A stretch of DNA of 64,000 nucleotides from Thermodesulfovibrionia bacterium. GTDB lineage: Bacteria; Nitrospirota; Thermodesulfovibrionia; UBA6902. Below, piece by piece: positions 19,246 to 29,721 of the stretch. A program made the translations under genes and the position numbers. The notes beneath the pieces are model-generated. The model was not told where the DNA came from and made no database searches. It saw only the letters and a list, made by a program, of their open reading frames with translations. The stretch is from positions 125,231 to 189,230 of the forward strand of contig CAVOUK010000011.1 in NCBI GenBank assembly GCA_963699585.1, written 5' to 3'. Position 1 is the first letter of the stretch. Each line of letters opens with the position of its first letter.

Positions 19246-20272
19246 GTGAATATGTTAAAGAAAAAGGACAAGTATGTGGTTGCCGTTGTCGGCGCCACAG
19301 GAGCAGTCGGCAATGAAATGGTTGCAGTTCTTGAGGAAAGAAATTTCCCGGTAGAAAAACTCAGGCTTTTTGCATCCGAACGTTCAGAAGGCAAGATCAT
19401 GAACTTCAATGACAAGCCTGTAACTGTTGAGATACTCACAGAGAAGGTTTTCAAGGGTATAGACATCGCCCTTTTTTCTGCGGGTGCAGAGAGAAGCCTT
19501 CACTATGCCCCGATCGCTGCAAAAGCCGGGTGTGTTGTTGTTGACAACTCAAGCGCCTGGAGGATGGACCCTAAGGTGCCGCTGGTGGTCCCGGAAGTAA
19601 ATCCGCATGATCTTGAATGGCACAAGGGAATAATAGCAAATCCGAACTGTTCCACCATACAGATGGTCGTTGTTCTGAAACCAATTCACGATGCGGCACA
19701 GATAAAGAGGGTTGTTGTTACAACATTCCAGTCTGTTTCAGGCACCGGTAAAAAAGCAATGGATGAGCTTTTAAACCAGACTTCGGACCTACTCAACTTT
19801 AAAGAACCCAAACCGCTTGTGTATCCTCATCAGATCGCCTTCAACTGTCTTCCTCAAATAGACAAGTTTATGGACGATGGTTATACAAAAGAAGAGATCA
19901 AGATGGTAAACGAAACCAAAAAGATCATGGGTGATGATTCAATAAAGGTCACTGCTACTACTGTCAGAGTGCCGGTCTTCAGAGGGCATTCAGAGGCGCT
20001 CAATATCGAGACACAAAAGAAGCTCACTGCAAATGAGGTAAGGGCCCTGCTTTCCAAAGCGCCCGGCGTCATTGTTTACGATGTTCCTGAAAAAAATGTA
20101 TATCCGCTTCGCCACTCTATGCGCCGGAAAAGATGAAGTCTATGCAGGCAGGATAAGAGAGGACAACACAATTGAGAACGGCATCAATATGTGGATAGCC
20201 GCTGATAACCTGAGAAAAGGCGCTGCCACAAACGCAGTGCAGATCGCAGAAACATTGATAAAGATGGCGTGA
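19246..20272 (+). CDS. asd: aspartate-semialdehyde dehydrogenase with one apparent +1 frameshift (~20103)
   Basis: ORF 19246-20136 matches Asd and ends prematurely. The C-terminus '[14 protein letters not shown]...[15 protein letters not shown]' continues in the next frame (ORF 20072-20272). Deleting one base in 'ccgc' restores it. Confidence 0.75.
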
Positions 20273-20276
20273 ATCA

Positions 20277-20338
20277 GGGGTAAGGATTATAGGGGTAGGT
20301 GTTAGGAGTCTGATGTAGGGGCGAGGCGGGCCTCGCCC
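20277..20338. repeat. 3'-end composite repeat: GGGGTAAGGATTATAGGGGTAGG + REP-like hairpin GTAGGGGCGAGGCGGGCCTCGCCC
   Basis: First part recurs at 54094-54127; second is a REP-family hairpin (stem GGGCGAGGC/GCCTCGCCC). Confidence 0.7.
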
Positions 20339-20365
20339 TTTAATATTAATTATCAAAGGAGAAAC

Positions 20366-21686
20366 ATGCAAAACGTTGATTACATAATCCGTGCCGATTA
20401 CCTTCTCACAATGGAGGGGGACCTTTCGGTTATTAAAGACGGGGCTGTCGCAGTCACCGGAAGCGATATTATTAGATACAGGGACGTTCTCTGATATTTC
20501 TAAAAAATACACTTCTAAGAAATTATTAAGCGGAAAGAACAAGGCGGTATTCCCCGGTTTAATAAACACCCACACTCATGCGGCAATGGTATATTTCAGG
20601 GGACTTGCAGACGACCTGCCGTTAATGGACTGGCTCCAGAACCATATCTGGCCTGCTGAGGGGAAATGGATGAGTGAAGAATTTGTGGGCGATGCCGTTG
20701 AACTCGCCTGCCTCGAAATGCTTAAGGCCGGGGTCACTACTTACACTGACATGTACTTCTTCCAGAACGCTGCCGGTAAGAAGCTTGAAAAGATCGGCAT
20801 GAGAGGGGTGTTGGGCGCAGGGGTGATCGATTTCCCGTTCACCGGATATGCTGCGTCGGTCGAAGATTATTTCACAAACGCCGAAAGACATATCAACAAC
20901 TGGAAGGGCAGCGAGCTTGTATTACCCCTGCATTGCGCCTCATGCAACCTACACCTGCGGCCCTGATAATTACAAAAGGTCCAATGAGATATCTGAGAAA
21001 TATAATGTCCCGATACATACGCATCTTGCCGAAACACAGTTTGAGGTCGCAGAATGCCAGCGCCGTTACGGTAAGACACCCTGTTGAATATCTTGAAGGC
21101 ATGGGGCTTCTTTCAGAGCGGTTGTCGGCTGCGCACTGTGTATGGCTTACTGATAATGAAATTGAACTTCTCGCCAAGAAGAAAAGTGGGCGTAGCTCAT
21201 TGCATCGAAAGCAATCTGAAGCTCGCCTCGGGGTTTGCTCCAATAGCTAAAATGCTGAAGGCAGGAATTAAGATCGGTCTCGGCACCGACGGCGCTGCAA
21301 GCAATAATGACCTGAGCATTCTGGGTGAAATGTCGACAGCTGCAAAAGTCCATAAAGCTGTCTCTGGAGACCCGACCGTCCTTGACAGTAAAACAGCGCT
21401 TTTGATGGCAACGAGGAACGGCGCGGAGATACTCGGACTCGGAGATAAAATAGGCTCCATAAAGCCCGGTAAAAGAGCGGACCTTGTTATCGCCGATCTT
21501 GATCAGCCCCATCTGATGCCGCTATACGATATTTATTCACACATAACCTATTGCCTGCGTCCTTCTGATATTGAGACCGTTATGGTAAACGGGAAGATTG
21601 TAGTTGAGAATGGAAAACCGACAACTATGGATGAAGCAGAGATAATGGACAAGGCAAGGGTCTGGCAGGAAAAGATCAAAAGTTAA
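20366..21686 (+). CDS. amidohydrolase, MtaD/SAH-deaminase-like, broken into 4-5 frames
   Basis: Segments 'INTHTHAAM', 'APHATYTC', 'HTHLAET', 'VEYLEGMGLL', 'GVAHCIESNLKL', 'GLGTDGAASNN' lie in successive frames. Each junction is repaired by removing one base at a short homopolymer (tt, ccc, aaaa). Confidence 0.6.
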
Positions 21687-21776
21687 GTAATTAGTTTTAA
21701 TATTTACGTTGACAGTAAGCCTAGGGTTTGCCGCCTTTCCCTTATCTTATGACCCTTCATTTTCGTCATGTAGTAA

Positions 21777-22381
21777 TCAAGGTCGCAAGCGCTCCATCTC
21801 CTGCCGCATCTCCTTTTTATTGTCGCAAGGTGGAGGCATTCTCATATCGCCGCGCATCATACACCCTATCATCGGAGGTCCCATATCGGGATCAATTTCC
21901 CGCAACTCTTTGAATTTATTCCTCTGCTCAGGCGTTAGTTTGGATTTAGTTTCTTCTATCGCCCTGATGAGAGACAGGTGTATTTCAGTCTTTAGAGTCT
22001 CTATCTGCTTAAGTTTTGCCACGACCGCCTTCATGTCAACAATATCCTTGTCAAGAAGGTCTGTCAGCTCAATTCCGGAGATATGTTCATCGGCATTCTT
22101 CTTAATCATCTCTTTCATTAATCTGCTTTTGATCTCTTTTATTGCTTCTCTCTGTTTTTCGTCCAGACCCAGGCTCATGAGATGTTGCCAGACCGGATGC
22201 TCCACTTCCGGCATCACCTCCATAATTCCTGGCCCGGCATGTCTCATAGGCTGCATCATAGGCTTGCCCTCTTCGACGTCTCCGGGTATACCCTTATAGC
22301 CGCGCATCTCTGAGTTTGAATTGTATGCTCCGACGAACATCATAAGAGCTGCAATAATACTAATGACTATTTGTTTTTTCA
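21777..22381 (-). CDS. Spy/CpxP/ZraP-family periplasmic stress protein (LTXXQ motifs)
   Basis: Signal peptide MKKQIVISIIAALMMFVGA; 'LDEKQREAI', 'LTPEQRNKF' LTXXQ repeats; His/Met-rich. Confidence 0.6.
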
Positions 22382-22467
22382 TTTGTTTTCTCCTTTTCCT
22401 TCTTAATCTCAGCGTCATAACGAACGCCGTTCTTATAAGTAAAGGATAGCAAGTGACTATGGCTCAA

Positions 22468-22488
22468 GTATGGAAGAAATGAGGAATT
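22468..22488. repeat. direct repeat (copy 1) GTATGGAAGAAATGAGGAATT
   Basis: Near-identical copy at 24009-24030; together they bracket the EF-hand gene and the IS3 fragment. Confidence 0.6.
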
Positions 22489-22650
22489 CCGTTTATCAGG
22501 GAAAGATAGTCCGCACACTACTGAATCGGAGGGATGCTTCATGGGGAAAGTAAAAGGTCGCCCTTTTACTTTCTCCCAGAAGCCCGCAGCGCTTCATGAT
22601 GTGATTAACCGTTTAGTTTAGCGACACCTGCCTGTCAGATGTCGCCGCTG

Positions 22651-23400
22651 TTATGCTTGAAAGTTTACCAGAGAATATGTATCCCCGCTGCCTGCCTTAT
22701 TGCCTAAGGTCTCAAGCAGTTTCGATATATAGTCTTTGATGGAGTTTGTTGAATCAGTGTCCCCTGACTTGCTGTCAGATGACTGGTTGTTCAGCAAATC
22801 AAGCAGAGATGACATTTGGTCCTGACCCATGTTCATGCCATAGGTTGACATGGCATTTTGCATACCAGCCGGCGGAGTTGGAGCATTGTCCTTCATGAAG
22901 CTGTCCATCTCCTCCATACTTAATGAGTTGTCGCCATCTGTGTCATACGTGGAAAAAACGTCATCCACATCTGTGGATTCACCCGTTCTTTCACTGATAT
23001 GTTTGGCAAAGTCTTCAAATTCCGACTTGTTAATGCTGCCATCACTGTCACCGTCGATCTTGCTGAACAGGTCTTCTAATGGGTTCTGCATTCCCTGGCC
23101 ACCCATTAGACCATTTATTGGAGGCGGCGTAGGCGCATTGTCCTTCATGAAGCTGTCCATCTCATCCATACTTAAGGATTTGTCGCCATTTGCATCGTAC
23201 TTGGAAAAAACGTCTTCAGCACTCTGGGAGTTGCCACTCATCTCCGACATTTTCTTCGCAAGTTCCGAGAATTCGGCCTTGTCGATCCCGCCGCTGCCGT
23301 CACTGTCGATCTTGCTGAACATCTTTTCCTTAAACTGCTGCATCGACTGGACGCCCATTTGGCTTCCAAAATTTAACGAACTACTGATACTGCTTATCAT
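22651..23400 (-). CDS. EF-hand calcium-binding repeat protein (internally duplicated)
   Basis: 249 aa; four 12-residue loops (DSDGSGGIDKAE, DANGDKSLSMDE, DGDSDGSINKSE, DTDGDNSLSMEE) in two ~100 aa repeats. Confidence 0.65.
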   Translation of the reverse strand: MISSISSSLNFGSQMGVQSMQQFKEKMFSKIDSDGSGGIDKAEFSELAKKMSEMSGNSQSAEDVFSKYDANGDKSLSMDEMDSFMKDNAPTPPPINGLMGGQGMQNPLEDLFSKIDGDSDGSINKSEFEDFAKHISERTGESTDVDDVFSTYDTDGDNSLSMEEMDSFMKDNAPTPPAGMQNAMSTYGMNMGQDQMSSLLDLLNNQSSDSKSGDTDSTNSIKDYISKLLETLGNKAGSGDTYSLVNFQA

Positions 23401-23644
23401 TTGTTATCTCCTTTCTTTTTGCTCGAAGCGCTGCGAATTCGGTGCGATGTTATAATTTGCAGATTAATAAATTATGGGACCACCTCCTTTCACTGCTTCT
23501 TTTCAGTCAGCCTTCTTTTTGAATCTCCGGACATGTTTCTTTTTTCGCTTGCGATTTGAATAGTAAGAGCAATTTGATTGCCACTTTTATGGATGGAGAG
23601 GACAAATTCGCATGTCCCCTGTCTGGATAAGTTACCTTTGATAA

Positions 23645-23845
23645 CTACTCTTCGCGCTTCCCCGTACGCCTCTTGTCTTCAAATATCGATGACGCCTGTT
23701 TCAGTAATGCGGATTTCCAGTTCTTAATCTGGTTGGGATGAAGGTTGTATTGTGCCGCCAGCTCGGTCAAGCTTTTCTTCCCGCAAATTAATTCTGTGAC
23801 GACCTTTGCCTTAAACGACCCGGCATATGTTTTGCGATTTTTCAT
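23645..23845 (-). mobile_element. IS3-family transposase OrfA (HTH) remnant
   Basis: 66 aa 'KAKVVTELICGKKSLTELAAQYNLHPNQIKNWKS' matches IS3/IS911 OrfA N-terminus; no OrfB follows. Confidence 0.6.
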
Positions 23846-24008
23846 TATTCCGTAACTTAATCACCGGGAGAAAAATGTGTTTCCAGGTCATTCCCGGTAT
23901 ATTTTCTTGCTGATATCTTCTTAGCCCGGGGCGAAACTTTTTCCCGTGCCGTAGAAAATTTTTCCTGTTTTACCGATTAATTTAGAGTAGCAGTTGAACG
24001 TGACCGAA

Positions 24009-24030
24009 TTATGGAAGAAATGAGGAAATT
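24009..24030. repeat. direct repeat (copy 2) TTATGGAAGAAATGAGGAAATT
   Basis: Matches 22468-22488. Confidence 0.6.
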
Positions 24031-24099
24031 ATGAAAGAGATAAAATGAGTGTGGTTATTCGGTGAATGCGTGATATAAAATTATATATAAGCTTCAAGG

Positions 24100-25500
24100 G
24101 TGACTATGAAGATCGGCATTGCACATCGGTTGTTTCTCTCAATCCTGCTGGCTGCTTCTCTGGCTGTCATCTGTATATTCCTGATCATGCAGTGGAACAT
24201 TAACAGTGGATTCATGCAGTACCTCAAAGTCCTTGATCAGGGAAGATTGCAGCAACTTGCCGGGAGACTGGGAGAGACGTATGCCGAGCATGGGAACTGG
24301 GATTTCCTGAGGGATGATCCGATGCCGTGGATCATGCGTCTTATGGCCGAGAGGCATGATAGTGACATTGCGCCCCCTATCCCTCCGCCGCCGCCTGGTG
24401 GACATCACCCTCCGCCGCGTTTCATCGTATTGAATGCAGAGCGGAAGCCGGTCTTCGGGAGCCGCATCGAGGCAGAGGACATTGATTTCACACCAGTTGT
24501 CCACGACGGCAAGACAGTCGGTTACGTTGGTCTCCTTTCGCCAAAGCACTTTCTCAGTCCACCTCAGCTTGAGTTTCTGAAGCGGCAGAAAGCGACTCTT
24601 ATCATCGCAGCATCCGGTATGGTATTGATGGTTGTGATAGTCTCCCTTCCACTGTCAAGCCGTCTGGTGCGACCGATCAAGGCTATGGCAAATGCAACCC
24701 ATAATGTTGCGTCAGGAGACTATACTACTCGTGTCTCAATAAATTCTTCGGATGAGATAGGACAGCTTGCGCGTGACTTCAATGCCATGGCGCTGGCTCT
24801 TGAAAGGAATGAGAAGGCGCGCCGTCAGTGGGTCGCCGATATCTCCCATGAGCTGCGGACTCCCCTGTCCGTGCTGCGGGGCGAGATCGAAGCACTCATG
24901 GAGGGGATCAGGAACACTACTCCTGAAAGCATTCGTTCACTTCACACAGAGGTAATGCGCCTTAATCGCCTTATCGACGATCTTTACCAGCTTGCCCTCT
25001 CCGACGTCGGCGCCCTATCCTATCATAAGGAGGAGCTTGATCTGCCTGAGCTTCTTGGTGATTCCGTAGAATTATATCGCGCCGAGTTTATCAAAAAGGG
25101 CGTAACTTTAACTTTCGATGTCTCTCAGGGATCGAGATTGACAGCATTCGCCGACCGTGAGCGGCTGTATCAGCTCTTCGGCAACCTGTTAGACAATTCA
25201 TTAAAATATACTGACGCAGGAGGGAAACTTGCCGTCCGCCTCTCATGCAGCAATAATAAAGCTGAGATTGAATTCCAGGACTCTGCGCCCTCGGTTTCCG
25301 AGAGCGATCTGGCCAGACTCTTTGACCGACTGTACAGGGTCGAAGGGTCGCGAAGCCGGGCCTCAGGCGGCGCAGGGCTCGGTCTTGCAATCTGCAAAAA
25401 TATCGTTGAGGCGCATGATGGGACTATCTATGCCCATCTTTCGCCATTGGGCGGAGTGATGATAGTAGTTACAATACCTGTTGCCGTGAGGTGCGCGTGA
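24100..25500 (+). CDS. sensor histidine kinase (TM-periplasmic-TM-HAMP-HisKA-HATPase), CpxA/BaeS-like
   Basis: 466 aa; H-box 'ADISHELRTPLS', N/G boxes; Pro-rich periplasmic stretch PPIPPPPPGGHHPPP. Confidence 0.8.
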   Translation: MTMKIGIAHRLFLSILLAASLAVICIFLIMQWNINSGFMQYLKVLDQGRLQQLAGRLGETYAEHGNWDFLRDDPMPWIMRLMAERHDSDIAPPIPPPPPGGHHPPPRFIVLNAERKPVFGSRIEAEDIDFTPVVHDGKTVGYVGLLSPKHFLSPPQLEFLKRQKATLIIAASGMVLMVVIVSLPLSSRLVRPIKAMANATHNVASGDYTTRVSINSSDEIGQLARDFNAMALALERNEKARRQWVADISHELRTPLSVLRGEIEALMEGIRNTTPESIRSLHTEVMRLNRLIDDLYQLALSDVGALSYHKEELDLPELLGDSVELYRAEFIKKGVTLTFDVSQGSRLTAFADRERLYQLFGNLLDNSLKYTDAGGKLAVRLSCSNNKAEIEFQDSAPSVSESDLARLFDRLYRVEGSRSRASGGAGLGLAICKNIVEAHDGTIYAHLSPLGGVMIVVTIPVAVRCA

Positions 25501-26180
25501 GCCGAAACGTCCTTATTGTCGAAGACGAGCCGAAACTTGCGAGTGTGCTGTCGGATTATCTGAAGGCCTCCGGCTTTGAACCGTCCTGCCTCGGAAACGG
25601 GGCTGAAGTTGTCCCCTGGGTCAGGGAGCATAAGCCCGATCTGGTCCTTCTCGACCTGATGCTGCCGGGACGCGACGGCATAGAGGTCTGCAAAGATATC
25701 CGCACATTCTCACGTGTGCCTATAATAATGGTGACGGCGAGGATTGAAGAGATCGACCGCCTGCTGGGACTTGAGCTCGGCGCAGATGATTACATCTGCA
25801 AGCCTTTCAGTCCCCGTGAAGTGATCGCACGGGTCAAGGCCGTCCTGCGCCGGACGCACGACGGGCAGACGATGCATGCGCAGGGTCTTGTCCTTGACGG
25901 TCATCGTTTCCGTGCATCGCTGCACGGCCGTGATCTGGGACTTACCGCAGTGGAGTTCAAGCTGCTGCAATTCATGATGTCTAACCCCGGACGCATTTTC
26001 AATCGCCAGCAACTTATGGATAAAATCTATCCCGATGATCGCACCGTCAGTGACCGCACCATAGACAGCCACATTAAGAAATTGAGGAGAAAGATCGAAG
26101 CCGTTTCTCCTGAAGAAAGGCTCGTCCACGCGGTATACGGTGTCGGCTATAAATTCGAGACGGACTTAATGGAAGGGTAA
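25491..26180 (+). CDS. OmpR-family response regulator
   Basis: 229 aa; receiver 'LIVEDE...DLVLLDLMLP' and winged-helix C-terminus; 10 bp overlap with the kinase. Confidence 0.85.
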   Translation: MRVSRNVLIVEDEPKLASVLSDYLKASGFEPSCLGNGAEVVPWVREHKPDLVLLDLMLPGRDGIEVCKDIRTFSRVPIIMVTARIEEIDRLLGLELGADDYICKPFSPREVIARVKAVLRRTHDGQTMHAQGLVLDGHRFRASLHGRDLGLTAVEFKLLQFMMSNPGRIFNRQQLMDKIYPDDRTVSDRTIDSHIKKLRRKIEAVSPEERLVHAVYGVGYKFETDLMEG

Positions 26181-26639
26181 CGCATTTTATTTTCCCGTGT
26201 AACCCCTCAGTTATGTGGAATGAAGAATTTGGTGGAAGAGAGAGGCGATATGTGTTTTGGGATTTACAGCAATTTAATTGAGGATGTTTTTCAGGATTGA
26301 TTCGAGGAAGACAAAAGGGTCGCACCTTGACATTGGACGCTCTTCCCTGAAATCTCCTGCTTCCTCTCCAGACTCCTTAAATACCCTTTCTTTTTCATTT
26401 TGCTTCCCTCCTTTTGAATTTTTTTCGTGACAAATGCCACACGGGAAGTTTATAATTTTCTATTAGCGGATTCCGGGTTCTTTTTACTGATTCCTCTACG
26501 TAGTATAGATATCGTTGTACGATTACAAATAAATGGTGATAAGAATAAAGGGGATTATCGTCCTATAATCGTGAAATATCTGCTCATTCGGGCAGATGAT
26601 AATAAGCTCTGAAGAGGAGAAAAAAAGGAGGATTCTACG

Positions 26640-27170
26640 TTGAAAAAAATACTGATGCTGTTGACACTGGTTTTTTCGGTTTACCTGAGTGGATGCGCTA
26701 CCGTTCCGATGGCCACTACCGAAAACGACCAACTACGAAAGCAATTTTCTGCACCGGTAGAAGGGAAAGCGGGCGTGTACATTTACAGGAATTCAAATTT
26801 TGGCTCTGCGCTTACGAAGACGGTATCCATTGATGGACAGTTAGTGGGAGCAACGGCCCCAATGACTTACTTCTACAGAGAAGTCTCTCCAGGTAATCAT
26901 ACGTTATCTACGCAGTCCGAATTTGGCAACAACGATCTCATCGTTGCAACCAATCCAGGACTGAACTATTTTGTGCGACAGTACATCAAGATGGGCGTTT
27001 TTGTTGGAGGCGCTAATTTGGTGTCAGCTGGGAGCATCCGGCAGTTCAAACCGAGTCACTATCTTTTGACGGACCCCGTTAGCCACAGATGCTCCCATTG
27101 CCATTTATGTATCTTATTCCATAAAGAAGGCTGCTTGTTCTTATTCCTTATTTTTACTTTGATTTTTTAG
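26640..27170 (+). CDS. lipoprotein (possibly DUF2846-like), C-terminus possibly frame-disturbed
   Basis: Signal peptide + lipobox 'LSGC'; C-terminal 40 aa are Cys/His/Phe-rich junk-like read-through. Confidence 0.4.
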   Translation: MKKILMLLTLVFSVYLSGCATVPMATTENDQLRKQFSAPVEGKAGVYIYRNSNFGSALTKTVSIDGQLVGATAPMTYFYREVSPGNHTLSTQSEFGNNDLIVATNPGLNYFVRQYIKMGVFVGGANLVSAGSIRQFKPSHYLLTDPVSHRCSHCHLCILFHKEGCLFLFLIFTLIF

Positions 27171-27414
27171 TATAGACCCCGTACTCCTCAAAAACTGATC
27201 CGTAATGTTAATAATTTTCTTTGTCAAAGGGATTTCTCAATAAAATCGCTATATTTTGCTCGGCATCGGCACCGGCAATTGCATTATTTATTGCGTGAAT
27301 TCGACGTAGGGAAATAGGGTCAAGTCTTGCATCTTGAAATCGGGGTTAATTTTCAAGAGAGTAATTTGCTAAGATAGCGGTAATTTATTGAGGGGACAGG
27401 ACATGGCGAGACCT

Positions 27415-28185
27415 TTAAGGCTTTGTGTCCATGTGGAGGTCTGAAAGAGGCTTGAGATCGACGGAAACTTCAAATCCCGGATCAACACCAGTAAGCAGCA
27501 GCAACAGGCGTTGTGGGCCTGGGGTGATACGGAAAAACAGACTTCCTTGAGTTTCTTGACCCGGTTGGATGGTGATGGGCAGCACCAGACACCGGCGATG
27601 AAATTCTGATTCGACCTTCTTTTTCGCATCTACATTTGCAAAAATGGTTACTATACCGATAATCGGCAAAGCTACAAGAGCCGCTACAGGTGCCGCTGCT
27701 GATGCAACAGCGGCACCTGAAACAAATGCTGACCCTCCAGAAACTAGAGCAATGCCGCCAACCAGTGCGCCTGTCATTACTGATGCAGCCCCAACTTTGA
27801 GCACAACTCCGGTCTTCCCCGAATCATAATTCTCGATCCATGTCTTGCTCTGCTCCTGAAGCTCCCATGGATTATCCCACGATACGACCGGATTGCCCTG
27901 AAAATCTATCAGCGTAGCAGATGTCAAAGTAACCGGATGTTCGCCGTTGTTTGTAATCGACATCATGTACTCATCCCAGTAGGCATCACGCTTCCAGGAA
28001 CCCGGTCCACCAAAGATGATGACAGTATTTATAAGAGCATTAACGGAATGAGCCTCGGCACCCATGTTGAGCGGCACCGGAGGCGGAGTGTCCTCACTGG
28101 CCATTTTATACTTTGCGGAAACACAACTGGTGAGCGAAGAAAGAATGATTAAAAATACCAATGAGTTGCTAAGCTTTTCCCGCAT
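27415..28185 (-). CDS. hypothetical lipoprotein with Gly/Ala-rich TM segment
   Basis: Likely start at MREK... with lipobox 'LTSC'; no family recognised. Confidence 0.4.
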   Translation of the reverse strand: MREKLSNSLVFLIILSSLTSCVSAKYKMASEDTPPPVPLNMGAEAHSVNALINTVIIFGGPGSWKRDAYWDEYMMSITNNGEHPVTLTSATLIDFQGNPVVSWDNPWELQEQSKTWIENYDSGKTGVVLKVGAASVMTGALVGGIALVSGGSAFVSGAAVASAAAPVAALVALPIIGIVTIFANVDAKKKVESEFHRRCLVLPITIQPGQETQGSLFFRITPGPQRLLLLLTGVDPGFEVSVDLKPLSDLHMDTKP

Positions 28186-28266
28186 ATGATCTACGACAAA
28201 AGTTCTGCGTTGAAAGAAAAGAAAACGCCTCTTTATCATGTGAAAAGTTTATCACAAAAATGAATC

Positions 28267-28350
28267 TTGGGGTATGGGGTCAGGCTTGACTATTGCGGTT
28301 TCAAATGTCAATAATCAAGTCTGACCCCTTGCCACCCAATCATACCCCAA
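28267..28350. repeat. 84 bp imperfect palindrome upstream of the toxin-antitoxin operon
   Basis: 'TTGGGGTATGGGGTCAGGCTTGAC ... GTCTGACCCC..CATACCCCAA' arms. Confidence 0.55.
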
Positions 28351-28420
28351 CCATACATATTGACGACGATTGAACATTCAGGCCATATTTGGTACTATTA
28401 ATGGACTGGAGGTGACGACT

Positions 28421-28708
28421 ATGAAAATCAAAGAAGACATTAAACCTATTTCTTACTTGAAGTCTCGTTCTGCTGACTTAATATCCCAAATCAACGAAAC
28501 TCACAGACCGGTGATAATTACTCAGAATGGTGAACCGCGTGCAGTTATTCAGGACGCGGAGTCCTATCAGAAAACGATCAATTCTCTAAACTTGATGAGA
28601 ATATTGGCGCATGGGGAAAAAGCCATTCAAAAAGGGGACACCATAAAACAGGAAGACCTTTTCAAGCAAATTGACGAAAAATTAATGAAAAGAAAGACAC
28701 GCAAATAG
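28421..28708 (+). CDS. Phd/YefM-family antitoxin
   Basis: RBS GGAGGTGA before ATG; 'ISYLKSRSADLISQINETHRPVIITQNGEPRAVI' typical Phd/YefM. Confidence 0.7.
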   Translation: MKIKEDIKPISYLKSRSADLISQINETHRPVIITQNGEPRAVIQDAESYQKTINSLNLMRILAHGEKAIQKGDTIKQEDLFKQIDEKLMKRKTRK

Positions 28709-28711
28709 ATC

Positions 28712-29035
28712 ATGAAAAGATTCGGGGTTGAGTGGGCCCAGCCGGCGAGTAAAGATTTAGAAAACATTATAGACTATATCTCCCAGGACAATGTTGATAC
28801 TGCTATTACCATTTTCGAGAAAATAAAATCAAAATGTAACACATTGAATCAATTCCCCGATAGAGGCAGAATTGTTCCAGAACTGAAAGCATACGGCATA
28901 TTGAGTTATCGAGAATTAATCATTTCACCTTGGCGAGTTATCTACAGGACATCTGATCAAAAAGTTTACGTTCTTGCTGTAATTGATTCAAGAAGAAATA
29001 TGGACGATATTTTAATAGAAAGGTTTTTATATTAA
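28712..29035 (+). CDS. RelE/ParE-family toxin
   Basis: 107 aa directly after the antitoxin; 'SYRELIISPWRVIYRTSDQKVYVLAVIDSRRN' RelE/ParE-like. Confidence 0.7.
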   Translation: MKRFGVEWAQPASKDLENIIDYISQDNVDTAITIFEKIKSKCNTLNQFPDRGRIVPELKAYGILSYRELIISPWRVIYRTSDQKVYVLAVIDSRRNMDDILIERFLY

Positions 29036-29040
29036 ACTAT

Positions 29041-29095
29041 TGCGCTTAATGTCTCCTGCAGGCTCTTTACATCCTCGACATTAAAGATTTTGACC
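29041..29095. repeat. duplicated copy of the fabD 3' end (~85% identity to 29729-29783)
   Basis: 'tgcgcttaatgtctcctgcaggctctttacatcctcgacattaaagat' vs fabD terminus 'tgcgtttaatgtctcttgcagactctttgcatcctcaacattaaagat'. Confidence 0.7.
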
Positions 29096-29214
29096 CTATA
29101 CACTCCTTTAAAATGCAAAAATGCTTAAAAAGGGATTCGTTATCATTCCTTCTCAAGAAATCATTTCATATTGCCGAAGAGAACGACAAACAATAAACTC
29201 AACAGGAGGCAATT

Positions 29215-29622
29215 ATGGCATTTGTACAATGGAGTGACCAACTCAGTGTAGGCATTAATGTGATTGACGATCAGCACAAAAAGCTTGTTTCCATCATTAA
29301 TAGACTGTACGACGCAATGAAAAGCGGAAAGGGAAGTGAAATCCTCGGTGACGTTCTGTCAGAGCTTATTGAGTATACTAAATATCATTTTTCTACTGAA
29401 GAGACCCTGATGAAGAACAATGCTTATCCGAACTATCAGTCACATAAATCATTACACTCAAAGTTTGTCGAAAAAGTGATGGATCTTGAACTGGACCTGA
29501 AGGCAGGGAGAATTGCACTGTCAGTGGAGGTATTTCATTTTCTCAAGGACTGGCTTGTAAATCACATCCAGGGAGAAGACAAGAAGTATGCCCCTTTTCT
29601 GACCAAGGTAACTGTAAAATAA
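29215..29622 (+). CDS. bacteriohemerythrin
   Basis: 135 aa; 'WSDQLSVGINVIDDQHKKL', 'HF..EE', 'H..KF' hemerythrin His/Glu ligand pattern. Confidence 0.8.
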   Translation: MAFVQWSDQLSVGINVIDDQHKKLVSIINRLYDAMKSGKGSEILGDVLSELIEYTKYHFSTEETLMKNNAYPNYQSHKSLHSKFVEKVMDLELDLKAGRIALSVEVFHFLKDWLVNHIQGEDKKYAPFLTKVTVK

Positions 29623-29721
29623 CCAGTGAGAAAGTGTGAAAGCTCGTAAGCGCGGAAGTGAAGCAAGAAGGCTGGCAAGCCTGCAAGCTGGTGAGCTGAC
29701 TAGCGGGGAAGCCCGTAAGCG

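Noticed and set aside
24360-24425. Proline-rich stretch (PPIPPPPPGGHHPPP) in the histidine kinase
   Set aside because: Low-complexity periplasmic linker within an otherwise intact ORF, not a repeat element or frameshift.
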